DNA of 45,011 bases from Trypethelium eluteriae (lineage: Eukaryota), in assembly GCA_051942245.1 (NCBI GenBank), contig JAVECL010000016.1, positions 62,001 through 107,011 on the forward strand, given 5' to 3'. Position 1 is the first letter of the stretch; each line of letters starts with the position of its first letter. The position numbers were made by a program, and so were the translations under genes. The notes beneath the pieces were generated by a model. It was not told the origin of the DNA. It did not search any database and saw only the letters and a program-made list of their open reading frames with translations. Below are positions 1 through 10,637 of this stretch, in pieces.

Positions 1-282
1 AACTACCTCTACCATAGTGTCAAATCAAACTTGATTCTGTCATGATTATATAGCCATTACGGAATGGGGCTGAAGTTTAAGCACAACCCAATGAACATAC
101 TAAGACTGAACAAGGGCTTGGGTGCCATTGCTAACGACTCATTGACCATACTTAAGTCTTCAGGACGATCCTGTTGCCGAGATGTTGATGAGCGTTTCAC
201 TCCGCATAGATCCCATATCTTTCTACTCTAGATCTTTGAGTGCTCGAGAGCTCAAAGTGAGGGTATCGACATTATCACCATT

Positions 283-1311
283 ATGGAAATACTCATTGTC
301 ATTGCTCTAGTGCTTTTCAGCTATTTTCAACTATCAGTCGCCGCTCCGGTCGACCAAGACCCAACTCTTGATACTGGGGCAAATCTAACCTTCGCACTTC
401 CCGCTCATGTCGTACACGAATTCCCAGAAGACACGTGGATAGAGAATCTTGCTGTACGGAGCAATGGACAAATCCTTGCAACCGAAGACTCCAAGCCGCG
501 AATCTACCAAGTAGATCCGTTTTCCAAACGCAATCCAATCATCATTCATGAGTTCAATGAGACGGCTTCGGTCCTCGGAATCGCAGAAGGAGCGCCAGAT
601 GTGTTTTTCGTATGCACGGCGAACTATTCATCAAAACTGCTGCAAGGATACGGCGAAGCATACATATTCCAGGTGGATATGCGAGGTTTCTCTGAAGAGA
701 TACCAGGGTCGGCCAAGGTTTCGAAAGTAGCGACTATTCCTGGAGCAGGAGCACTTGACGGCTTGGTATATCTGGGCGACGACTCCAGTTTGTTACTCGT
801 CAGCGATTTTCTAGTGGGTATCATATGGAGTGTCGATACCACTACCGGAGAAGTCAAGATACCTATCAACAATACCTACACGCAATCGACCGGATTCGGC
901 GCAAACGGCCTCAGACTCCATGGACAAGAGCTTTACTTCACGAACTCGCAGCATGAAAGTCTTGTCAGAGTGCCTATTAATTCTCAGGGCGAAGCAATCG
1001 GAGATTTCACCGTCTTAGCAGAAGGAGGATTCACACCTGATGACCTTGCTGTCGATTCTCAAGGCGACGCTTACGTCACAAGTTTTACCATTGGCAAGAA
1101 TGGTCTCGTCTTCATCCCACGGGATGGGGGGCAGGCGATGTACATTGCTGGCATGGCTGGCCCGACCTCGTGCGCCTTTGGTAGAACGGCCATCGACCGT
1201 GACACCCTCTACGTTAGCACGAGTGGGGGAGACTATCAGTACTCGACCGGGAACAAAGTCACTGTATCAGGGAAGATACTCCGAGTTGAAGTAGCGCGGC
1301 ACAAGAAATGA
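283..1311 (+). CDS. Secreted six-bladed beta-propeller protein (SMP-30/gluconolactonase/LRE-like; same broad family as fungal hetero-Diels-Alderases such as AsR5/EupF)
   Basis: Intronless 342-aa ORF with ATG start and hydrophobic signal peptide (MEILIVIALVLFSYFQLSVAAP). Family-typical motifs: WIENLAVRSNGQIL, FGANGLRL...LYFTNS, PDDLAVDSQGDAYV, GPTSCAFGR...LYVSTSGG. Confidence 0.8.
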   Translation: MEILIVIALVLFSYFQLSVAAPVDQDPTLDTGANLTFALPAHVVHEFPEDTWIENLAVRSNGQILATEDSKPRIYQVDPFSKRNPIIIHEFNETASVLGIAEGAPDVFFVCTANYSSKLLQGYGEAYIFQVDMRGFSEEIPGSAKVSKVATIPGAGALDGLVYLGDDSSLLLVSDFLVGIIWSVDTTTGEVKIPINNTYTQSTGFGANGLRLHGQELYFTNSQHESLVRVPINSQGEAIGDFTVLAEGGFTPDDLAVDSQGDAYVTSFTIGKNGLVFIPRDGGQAMYIAGMAGPTSCAFGRTAIDRDTLYVSTSGGDYQYSTGNKVTVSGKILRVEVARHKK

Positions 1312-1497
1312 ATGAACTAGCTGATAGGCCAGATTACTTCCAAAGCTTTACCACTTGCCATAGTAGTCCGTCTCTCTGTAGACCAGATAGTAATGTATTA
1401 CAGAACATTAGGAGAGTTGTGGAAGCAATGACATGATCTCATAGTGTATCCTGACAAAAATCTTACCAAGACTGCGCAGCACGGTGCCAACGTCAGT

Positions 1498-3552
1498 CTA
1501 CAAACTCAAGAAAACTTTGAGCATAGCAGGGTAATTTGGTGTCCCAAGACCAGTGACTGGATCCCAACCTGAGACCGCTGAAAAGCCTTGAGTATTACAT
1601 CCTGGGTTTGTGCCATTGGTAATGTCATGGAATCTAAATCGCCAGTGTTAGCGAAGTGCAACGCAGTTAACGGATGAATACGTATTGAGGCCTTACATTT
1701 CTGGGTGTGCATAAAGCGTCGGGTTAACGAATCCGATGGTGGACTTTCCCACGGCAATACGCTCTTCATTGATCCTGTTCAGAATCGAAGCAAATACAGG
1801 GGCAGCAGCGGAAGTTCCGCCAATTAGAGTCGGCGCTCCATTGTTGAAAATCACAATGTTATCGCCGACTGCGGAGGCGTCCGGGTAGCCACGTCCGGCT
1901 CGGTTATAAATGCCAGTGCCGTACTGGGCTGCGGTTGGGTTGTTTGTGCCGGTGACGCTGTAGGACGGATAGCCAGGGTTGTGGTTGGCAAAATAGTTCT
2001 GGATAGTTGCGTTCTGGTACGAGGGTGTCGCGTAGATGTTGCTGAAGCCGCCACCACTAGGGAACCTCGTGACCGCGCTTTCCTGGTCTTTGGAGACGTT
2101 GCCATAGAGGACTGTGGCACCGAGTGCTGTAACGTACGGGCATGAAGCAGGAAAATCAGGATTGAAGACCTGCCCCGTGCCAAGGCAGCCGTCTGCATTG
2201 CCGTCGTCTGTGCCCCGAGCGGCAACTCCTGAATCGCCGGAAGCTAGGATGATTGAAGTGCCCTGCATTCCCAGCTTCATCATTTCGGCACATTGTCTTT
2301 GCTGGTAGTTGGTTGGTAGGTCATCTTCTTGTTCGCCATAAGAGATCGAGATGACATTGGTCGGCTTATAAACACCGCACTGACGCTGACCTTCGTAGCC
2401 TAACGGATTGGGATCTGGATATTTGGGGTCGATTGACGCATCTCCCGTCTCTCCAAAAGCGGAGAAATTGCAATAAGAACCATCGATCGCGTCAAAAAAT
2501 GTGTTGAGGAACCCTCCACCACCTTCGACACCCGTTGCATAGAATATGTCGTCAGTTTGGAATAGAATCTCACCCTGAGGATAGATGATAGGATATGAGA
2601 TTTGAAGGTCCAAATCCGATTCGCCACCAGCATACAAGCCTGGAGCAAAACCGCCGTCGATGCCCTCTAATTTGGGTTCTGTCGTAACGGGAATATTGGG
2701 CGTAAAAACAGCGAAAAATTCGATGAGGTCCTCCGCTGCGTAGAAATCACCCTCCTCGAAGATACCGAGTTGATTGCCTGGAGCAGCCTTAGTTGCCTTC
2801 GTAATGTTGTACATTGTCGCGATGCAGGCTGGAGTGATGTAAGAGTCGCAATTGGCCAATTGAGCGTTTGCAATAGCCTGTCCCGTCGCGTTGCTCAAAA
2901 CCTGTTTGATGCTTGGTCCTGTGAAGTTTGAGTGTCCATTGGTTCGGAAACCTCTCTTCTCAATGTCGTAGCCATCTTGAGTGAGCGTGTTCGCGGAAGC
3001 TTTGCCACCCGCAATGAGCCTGAGGCCTGGAGTGATGTAGTCAACGTGCTTCTGGACATGCTCTGGGACATGGTACCCATCGCACGCGATATTGGTGCGA
3101 CCAGTCGGTCCATGCTCGTAGATGTAATACTCGGTCCGCAGGAGGCTTTCGGCCTCTTCCACAGAGGCATCAAATTGTATCCATTGCTTGTTGGCAGACT
3201 GTGAGATTCTGTCTGGTCTGATTCCCGCCTTTTCCAGCCAGCTGCGTATCGTGGACACGGACTCTTTCGAAGGCTCGAAAAGGTCTACAATCTCTTCGGC
3301 CGTATACCATTTCCCGTACTTGTCTGACTGGGGATGGGCAACTTTCATGAGTAAAGCATCGCCTTGGTCAAGGTTAGACTGTGTCATCCCAATGCGCATG
3401 GGAAGCACTGCTTCTCGTTTGAGTGCTTCCCGCTTGGTCCAGTGCCTCGTCGGTACAGACCGCTTCTCATGGAGGACATGCGGAATATCGAGCACAGCAG
3501 CTTGCGCCAAGGTAGCTACGGCCATGGCCGCAGTTATGAGAGGAAGCTTCAT
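1498..3552 (-). CDS. Secreted sedolisin (S53) serine-carboxyl peptidase, aorsin/tripeptidyl-peptidase-like, ~663 aa, 2 exons
   Basis: Signal peptide and pro-domain. Catalytic motifs ESDLD (Glu/Asp), ASGDSG (oxyanion Asp) and GGTSAAAP (Ser). Intron 1696-1634 (GTAAGG...GCTAAC...TAG) restores the Ca-binding C-terminus FHDITNGTNPGCNTQGFSAVSGWDPVTGLGTPNYPAMLKVFLSL*. Confidence 0.95.
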
Positions 3553-5116
3553 GATGGATACTGGACACGGGAATGAGACTTAAGGAAAGGGAAATTGACG
3601 AACTACTAGTATCAGATGAGTGAATAGTCCGGTGAAAAGAGAATCGTTGCAAAAATAGAGACTCCGAACGTATTCTTAAGTAGACTGAGATCAAAAAGCA
3701 TTTCAAATGGCTTGACAGATCCGAGAGGCTCAATAGACTTCCGCTATTGATGTTGTATCAAGGCCCACTAATGTTGTCAAATTCACCCCTCTAATGCGAG
3801 TCTTATCTCACCCTAACAAATCACAGAGAGTTTTTAGGCACCCTCATCGGGAAATTTCAGAAGGCTTGGCCTCCTCTCTTAGGTAGGTGGGGGTGGGATC
3901 TAAATCCGGGCGTCCGGAATGAGTACGATCGCCGGTTCAGTAGTTTTGATGACGACATTTCAACTCGAATCAGTATAACGGGGGCGCAGTAGCCTTGGAT
4001 GGCTTCGACTGTTCACTTCCGGGCATACTTCAGCATGTGAGAATAATCGGGAGTTGGCCATCGATAGTATCCGCGAAGAAAGGAAGTGGATGGTGTAGCG
4101 AGAGTCGAATTGATAAGAGTGGGCGGCCTGCCTAAACGAGAGGTGGCAGGCTGGAGAAGATAACGACATATCTTGTTGAAACGATTTCCTAATCCTCTTT
4201 GCCTACCACGAGATTGCTTCTTCGTCTTTCAGCTTCCAGAGATCAGTGGATGGTTAGGAAGGCTTACCATCACCGAGGATCTCCACAAGCCTCGCCACAA
4301 GACTCGCTTGGCGCGGCGTTGTTTCTCACTGTTGATTTCTTTGAGTCAAGCCTGTTCTGGGCTTGCAGCGGCTGTAAGGGGTGGCCAGGGGAAGTGGGAG
4401 GTTGCCAGGACTCGTGGCCAATGCGCACCATGACTTACGGTATGGTAACTACCTTAGTGCGGCAACTGACCTTTTCGTTCATGAAGCCTCGGGGACATGT
4501 GGAGATCTGCGCGCAAGTCACTTGATCCCACAGCTACCTGACAGATGTGCAGATCAAAGCCGGTAATCTGGGACAAGTATGCTCGAAAATGATGATGGTC
4601 AAGGCAGAACACATGGGCGCATGTGAAAAGACTATTAATCAAGATTTGGTGCCTCCTTTCCAAGGATAGTCTAGCGTCGCTTATTCAAAGCGAAAAAGGA
4701 AACACGACACCACCTTCTCAAGCTCGCGCCAGCAGCTTTTCAACCCCCATAAGAGTCTGAAGGATAGACGAGAGATATGCAGGTTGCTTCTTGTCCCGTG
4801 TCGCGACTTAACCTTACCCGGCACTGTCAAAGAAAAAAATTCTACACTAATGCAATATGAAGATGTGTACTACACGAGACCGTATCCGTCATGAAGCAAT
4901 TAGATTTTCAGAAGTATTTGAAGCCTCTGAGCCTGTATCATGGGTGTTTGACCAGAGGAACATCGAAATTGAACGATCTTGTTAAGACGAGTACCTGCGC
5001 TAAGTTCATAAGTATTATTTGTGCCTCCTGGTCTGGACCATCTAAAAGGAAAAAGGATCAAAGATATCAGCTACCACAACACTTCCAGTCCAGCTCCTTT
5101 CGGACTATTGAATCCA

Positions 5117-6583
5117 CTACAAAGGATCGTCACCCGTGCTATATCCAACTGCTTGACAATTCCGAGGTACTTCTCCCGTCACGTTCCCCACCAAGCTCGA
5201 ATCAAGTAGCTTCTTTGGCCCATCAACCAGACTCGTTGCCAAAAAGATCTTTGAATATGCATCCTGATAGCTACAAGTGACGAGATAGTAGACCCGAGCC
5301 GATGTGTCCACCGCCGTCAGGACCGACTTTGGTTGAGGCGCCGACGAAGCCTTCACCGGACTCGCCGCAGGCACGAGCGCCCTATCGCAGTGTTCAGTCT
5401 TGTCATATTCATGTATAAATTCAAGTCAGGTTTTCAGGCGCCAGAGGTACCTACACAGGCAACGAGGTCACGGGCATATTCTCCGGGTCGCTCAACCTCA
5501 GCCTCCCGACCCCCCACGCTGCTAGCGTATCTGCATATGTATGTAGCAGCCACCCCTTGGATGAAGCTACCATGAATGGCGCGTTCCCAGCAAACAGCGC
5601 ACTGACTGTCAAGTTATCGGTGGACTGGAAATTGGTCTCGCTGAAGGAGTATATGTTGCCATTCAGAGCGTGGTGCAGAACTGCTGTTCCCTGAATAGCC
5701 GTGATGGCCGCGAAGGTGGCATTTGGACAGGAGGCACTTGAGGCGGTGCTGCAAGTGACATAGTGGCTGACTGTGGTGTTATTGCTTATGGAGGGCGAGG
5801 GTGGGATGGTGGAGGTAGTTATGGTATCGGCAATAGGTTGACCGCTGGAGTCGCACCAAGTCCAGGGGTCGATGAGTGGAGAGCAGAGGGTAGTGCCAGA
5901 GGGTGGGGTTGGGCCAGTATCGTTGTAGCCGTCTGATCCATAAGTCAGTGAACAGCAATGCGGTGAGTGCGGTCAAATCAGTACATATTAACGTATTGGA
6001 GCTGTTATTGTACGCTTGGTTTGCAGCAGCTGTTATTTGGGTGACACTCTGTTTAGTACGTTAATACAATAGAAGCCAAATGTGCAACACAGCAACCTCG
6101 AAGAACAGACGAAGCACCCACATTCTGGAAACGGAGCAGGACTTCTTCATACAATGACATCGGAGCGGTTTGCCTCTTGCAATGTTGGCCTCGCGGGCAA
6201 TGCACTCCATCATCGTCGTCGGATAGAGCTGGCATATCATCAGCGATGACAATGTTTGCTGTGCTCGCGTAGAGTCGGTCAAAATCCGGATAAGATGTGG
6301 CATCAATCGAGCCTATTTGCTCGTCTTGCAATATATCGAAATCGCAATCGCTATTTATCGGGCTGCTACCGCAAGCCTGTCCGTTGGAGAAGGTCGCTGT
6401 TTGGCCTCTTTTCCCCATTCCGTAAGGTGTAGAGTCTGTCGAAAGTTTGTGAACAGCGGACGTATGGTCAATTGGCGGTGGGAAAGGCTTGTGGAGATCG
6501 AGATTATTTAGAGTAAAAGATTTTGAAAGTCCCCAACAAATCGCAAACAAACAGAAAAGTACATGGATAATGTTCAAATCCAT
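5117..6583 (-). CDS. Uncharacterised secreted glycoprotein, ~422 aa, 4 exons (6583-6122, 6048-5985, 5932-5455, 5381-5117)
   Basis: ATG at 6583 gives a signal peptide (MDLNIIHVLFCLFAICWGLS). Three GT-AG introns of 73, 52 and 73 nt join four open exons in consistent phase. Exon 3 (478 nt, stop-free) is absent from the ORF track. The protein has two KR sites, a Ser/Thr/Pro-rich middle, several NxS/T sequons and paired Cys. Confidence 0.75.
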
Positions 6584-7352
6584 TGTTATCGATAAAAGTC
6601 CGTTCTCTCGAATGGGTAACTGGGTAATTTCGATGTCTCGGATCAAAGTCTGGACCGTGGCATTGGGATTGAGATCTCGGGAAGATCGGCCGATATATAT
6701 ACAATATTGCAGAAGAACATGTTGAAGTGGGAAAATGAATTGTATTAATTGTGGTAGAATCAAGGTCTAAGTCTACGGAGGACCGTGGAGGTCGCTATAT
6801 ACACTAGGGCGAATGTGGTAACATCTACCGTGGATGCAGTCAACCTTCCTAACCACAGCAGGTGCAGTTTCCCTCAACAGAACATCCTGAGCCTAGGACA
6901 TGACATTCCGATGATATCGATTGGAATGGCAGCGAAAAGATGTAGGTCTTGACGGATATGGCACTCCGATAGATCTCAATCCAGCCGAAGATGGAGACTG
7001 ACGCGTACTGAATCGAGAGCATGAGGGTGTAGGAGACTGTTGAAGAGCTGAGAAAACTGTCCTACCTTCAGTATGCAAGGAGGTGCAATTATCTTCCCCA
7101 ACGTCGGTATTGTAAGCCTCCGATGTAGCACCAGGGGCAGAATAATTGACTAGGACGATTGACTTCGAGTTTTACAGGCGAATGTCTATCCCGAAAGGAT
7201 AACGTAGTAGATAGATGCGACTGAGTGACGGGTCAGCTTTCTATTTCCGAAGGCTCTCCTCTTGTCTGAGGTACTTCGAAGGCTTTCAGTCTAGACTCCT
7301 GGTGAGAAGCGTACAAGGCGTCTATCATCGGTGGAGGTAATCCATTGCTAAT

Positions 7353-7637
7353 TTAATGATTCTGCTTTTGGCTCCGTGATTGAGATTTGTGATCCCCACC
7401 ATTCAAAGCGATTCCAGCAAGTACAGCTATCAATGTCGTGCCTTTGAAGATAGTCTCATATTGCTCGGCTTTGATGGCCTTGCTGTACGGTTGGCGATGA
7501 ACGCGCAAGAATGCAAAACCCGTTGCCGCAACATAGCAACCTGCGAGCAAGACAAACTTATATTTACTGAGCAGAGAAGCATTCAGGCCGGAGGACTGCG
7601 CTGCGCCAGACGCATATCCTCGCTGCCTGTCCTCCAT
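7353..7637 (-). CDS. Small 94-aa two-TM membrane protein, divergent HIG1 (Rcf1/Rcf2-like) domain
   Basis: ATG-initiated ORF with two hydrophobic helices (FVLLAGCYVAATGFAFL; GTTLIAVLAGIAL) joined by RVHRQPYSKAIKAEQ. The spacing resembles the Rcf2 HIG1 domain (...GRNPYL...QKLVQARVYAQGLTLA). Family call is by eye. Confidence 0.6.
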   Translation of the reverse strand: MEDRQRGYASGAAQSSGLNASLLSKYKFVLLAGCYVAATGFAFLRVHRQPYSKAIKAEQYETIFKGTTLIAVLAGIALNGGDHKSQSRSQKQNH

Positions 7638-8528
7638 GGGAAGTGATGATAAATTTTAGAAAAGAACAGAGGCGAAGGTGACGGTAGTGAAGGAAAACGC
7701 CACAAGATAGCGCCATGACGTAGCGGACTTTGTAACCCTTTTACATACCTTTGGCCCCAATTTTGACCTACAACAATTTCTTATTGGGGATCAGTCCAAT
7801 AGGGAGAGAGGACTCAAGGAGCGGGGAATGTGCCTTCAGTTATTTACACAACATCAATACATTATTCTATCGTCAGCCACTGACTGATGGCATCAACGGC
7901 TGCCACATAGACCTAACCGGAAGGAGGGAGTGGCGTTAGGGAAATGAGGCTATCGTATCCATGAGACGATCCGTCCCAGCCGAAGCTTGGTCCACGCCTA
8001 CCGTCTCAGAGGATTTTTGAAAATAAAAAAGAGTATGAAAACGGTTTGCGGGCGCTTCGGGAGAGCATAATCTTGCAATTAGGCATGTTGTAACGCAAGG
8101 TGGTGAGTGTCGCGCCTGAAGTCCATGTCGTTTCGCCTTTGCCCAGCTAAAGTACCACACCATCACGTTGGAACTCAGCCACAGTGGAAGCCTGTGCACT
8201 GCGCACAATGTGAACATGTCACTTCCATAGGACGACTGAAGGCAGCTGATAAGATGCATTAAAGGACTTGCGCCACAATGGGACCCATAGAGGCGCGTAA
8301 TGTAACTGCTCAGGTACCACGACGTGAACAATTATCCACACTCAAACCTACACAGTTGGTGGCTGTGGTGATGCCGCCTTCGTCGTCGCTTTAACCCTCA
8401 TTGAAGCCTACGCAGGTTGGCATGTCAGGTATTCGACAATCTAAAAGCACGTATTCGTCTTCTTGAATAGAATAGTCCTGCAAGTTCCCCGACAACCTGG
8501 CCCTCCAGCTTCGCTGTCCACGCCGATC

Positions 8529-10196
8529 ATGGAAGGGTTACGGCAAAAAGCGAAAGGCATCTATACAATGCGACAAACGTTTACGGGATCTGGAACCAAT
8601 CTTGAGCGAGTTGAAATCCTCGAATACGGAAAAGAAGATGTCGAAATCAATTATTCCACAGTTCAAGGAGACAACCTCCATAATGCTTTTGTCCCCTCAC
8701 TCCCAACAAGACCCACTGCGTGCAGGTCTGCCACTTTGGTTCTCGTTCACGTTGAACGTACAAAATCTTTCCAGTGGAAGATTTCTCGCGAGGCTTTCGA
8801 TTCTGTCTTCGATCAATGCGGACTGGACCCTTATGTGTTGTATCCAATGACCCGCGGTGTAGACGGCTTCTATTGCCTCGGAGAGTCAATTTCTGAAAGT
8901 ACTGGCTCGAGTATTTTACAAAAGAGACAAACCTTTGTGAGCGGAGACAGTTTACCTCATGATTCCAAAAATTCCGGACAAGCTGTTCCTCAAGTGCCAG
9001 GCTTGCGTTCAGGTTGGACCTGCCCAAGATATGAAACGGAACTGAATGATACTCCACGAAGCTATCTTATCTGTATCCGAGGGTCATACATGCTTGCGTG
9101 GACATTCTTCCCAAAGACCAGATCAACTCGCGCAATTCTTATAAGTTTTCCTCAAAATTTCATCTACACTGCCCTCAAAATCGAGATGGAACGGCAGAAA
9201 TCACTGGTCGGCCATCCCCTGTTTCTGGCGTTTGTCGAGAGCATCTATTTGACGGGTCTTGTCCATACAAACATCCACAACGGTGAAAGATCAATCTTCC
9301 TGGTGGAGGACCAAACTAACTATAGTCCATGGACTGATAATTCGTCTAGCCGTTTCATCAAAGCTGACCAACCGGTGGATGATAACGGGAATCTCGCATC
9401 CCTGACCCGTCAGGTGAGCAAAGTCGTCGTCCACCTATCACTGCACTCGCGCCGTCTTTCGATCGCCAAGCATCTTTTGAACGCTCTGCTCGAATACGAG
9501 CCTACCCAGGACTCGTGCACTTCCTCTGAGGGGAGCCTCGACCTTCAATCCATGCGCAAAGCGGCAAGCTTGCTGGATCTAACGATCGAGACCAATCAAG
9601 TCTACATTGAGTTTCTTCGCGAGCGCAGCAAGACCCAACTTACTGTCCTCTTCAACCTCATTACGCAACGTGACGCAACCGCCAATATCGAATTAGCCAA
9701 GGACTCACGCACCATTGCGCTCGCATCTCAACACGATAGTGACTCAATGAAGACCATCGCCATCATGACCATGGTATTCCTGCCCGGCACCTTCTTCGCG
9801 ACATTTTTCTCGTCGCCATGGTTCCAATGGAACTCGTCTCCAGTCATTCAGTCCCAATTTTGGACATTCTGGGCTTTTACCATTCCCGTCACTGCCCTCG
9901 TTTTCGCGCTTTGGTTTGGCATCACTAAACGCCAGACAATTCGCAGGCAGGTCGAAAACAGGCGGCAGAGAGCGAAAGTCAAGCAGAGAATGAGGAGTTT
10001 TGTAACTCGGGGGTCTGCTCCAGACGGGAATGATAGTGAGCACGAGGAACCTCTCGATGGGAATGGAGATGGCGATGACCGACTTTCTGGCTGGCGCGGG
10101 GATTGGGTGCGAAGAGTGCTAAGAAAAAAGAGGTCTCGGTCACGGAAAGACTCTGGACTGGGTGTGGAGCTTGACAGTACTGTTGTGCAGGCATGA
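8529..10196 (+). CDS. Fungal CorA-like membrane protein (~555 aa), lacking the GMN motif
   Basis: Long intronless ORF, first ATG at 8529. A long amphipathic helix (IEFLRERSKTQLTVLFNLITQRDATANIELAKDSRTIALASQHDSDSMKTIAIMTMVFLPGTFFATFFSSP) leads into two TM helices (second: FWTFWAFTIPVTALVFALWFGI) and a basic tail. Confidence 0.85.
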   Translation: MEGLRQKAKGIYTMRQTFTGSGTNLERVEILEYGKEDVEINYSTVQGDNLHNAFVPSLPTRPTACRSATLVLVHVERTKSFQWKISREAFDSVFDQCGLDPYVLYPMTRGVDGFYCLGESISESTGSSILQKRQTFVSGDSLPHDSKNSGQAVPQVPGLRSGWTCPRYETELNDTPRSYLICIRGSYMLAWTFFPKTRSTRAILISFPQNFIYTALKIEMERQKSLVGHPLFLAFVESIYLTGLVHTNIHNGERSIFLVEDQTNYSPWTDNSSSRFIKADQPVDDNGNLASLTRQVSKVVVHLSLHSRRLSIAKHLLNALLEYEPTQDSCTSSEGSLDLQSMRKAASLLDLTIETNQVYIEFLRERSKTQLTVLFNLITQRDATANIELAKDSRTIALASQHDSDSMKTIAIMTMVFLPGTFFATFFSSPWFQWNSSPVIQSQFWTFWAFTIPVTALVFALWFGITKRQTIRRQVENRRQRAKVKQRMRSFVTRGSAPDGNDSEHEEPLDGNGDGDDRLSGWRGDWVRRVLRKKRSRSRKDSGLGVELDSTVVQA

Positions 10197-10637
10197 TTCA
10201 ATCATTTTGCCGTCTTGAGAACGAGTTTCCAGATCCATTTGGAAAAGATATATTGCCTGTGTATATTCCTTCTGACCCTCTGTCAGTATATCGGCCATCG
10301 AAAGAGATCCGGATGAAATCATCTAATCTGTATCCAATATCTTCCCATCTAGGTTCGAGGGAACGCCCAGACCTATTCTCTTTCAAAAATCTGTTGACGC
10401 CTACAATCGTTCCCGTCTTATGACACATGATGTTGTCAGCGTGGAAGATCATTTGGCGATTGTGTCGATCGAGTACAGCGTCGATGAGAACGGGGAAGGG
10501 TATCAAGTATGGTATGGCATCGAACAACTCACAATGGCCAAGAAATCTGTAAATGACATGTGTAACCCTCCAAAGTATGAAACCAAGAGCCTTGTGAATG
10601 GCTTAGAAAATAGTGGACGTTACAATGGGAAGCCCAC

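Noticed and set aside
3600..5100. Several 60-130 aa ORFs between the sedolisin and the secreted-protein gene
   Set aside because: No motifs or coherent splice models; treated as promoter/intergenic DNA.
8529..10196. Calling either CorA-like gene ALR1/MNR2/MRS2
   Set aside because: Both lack the GMN motif and the conserved Alr1/Mrs2 soluble-domain motifs.
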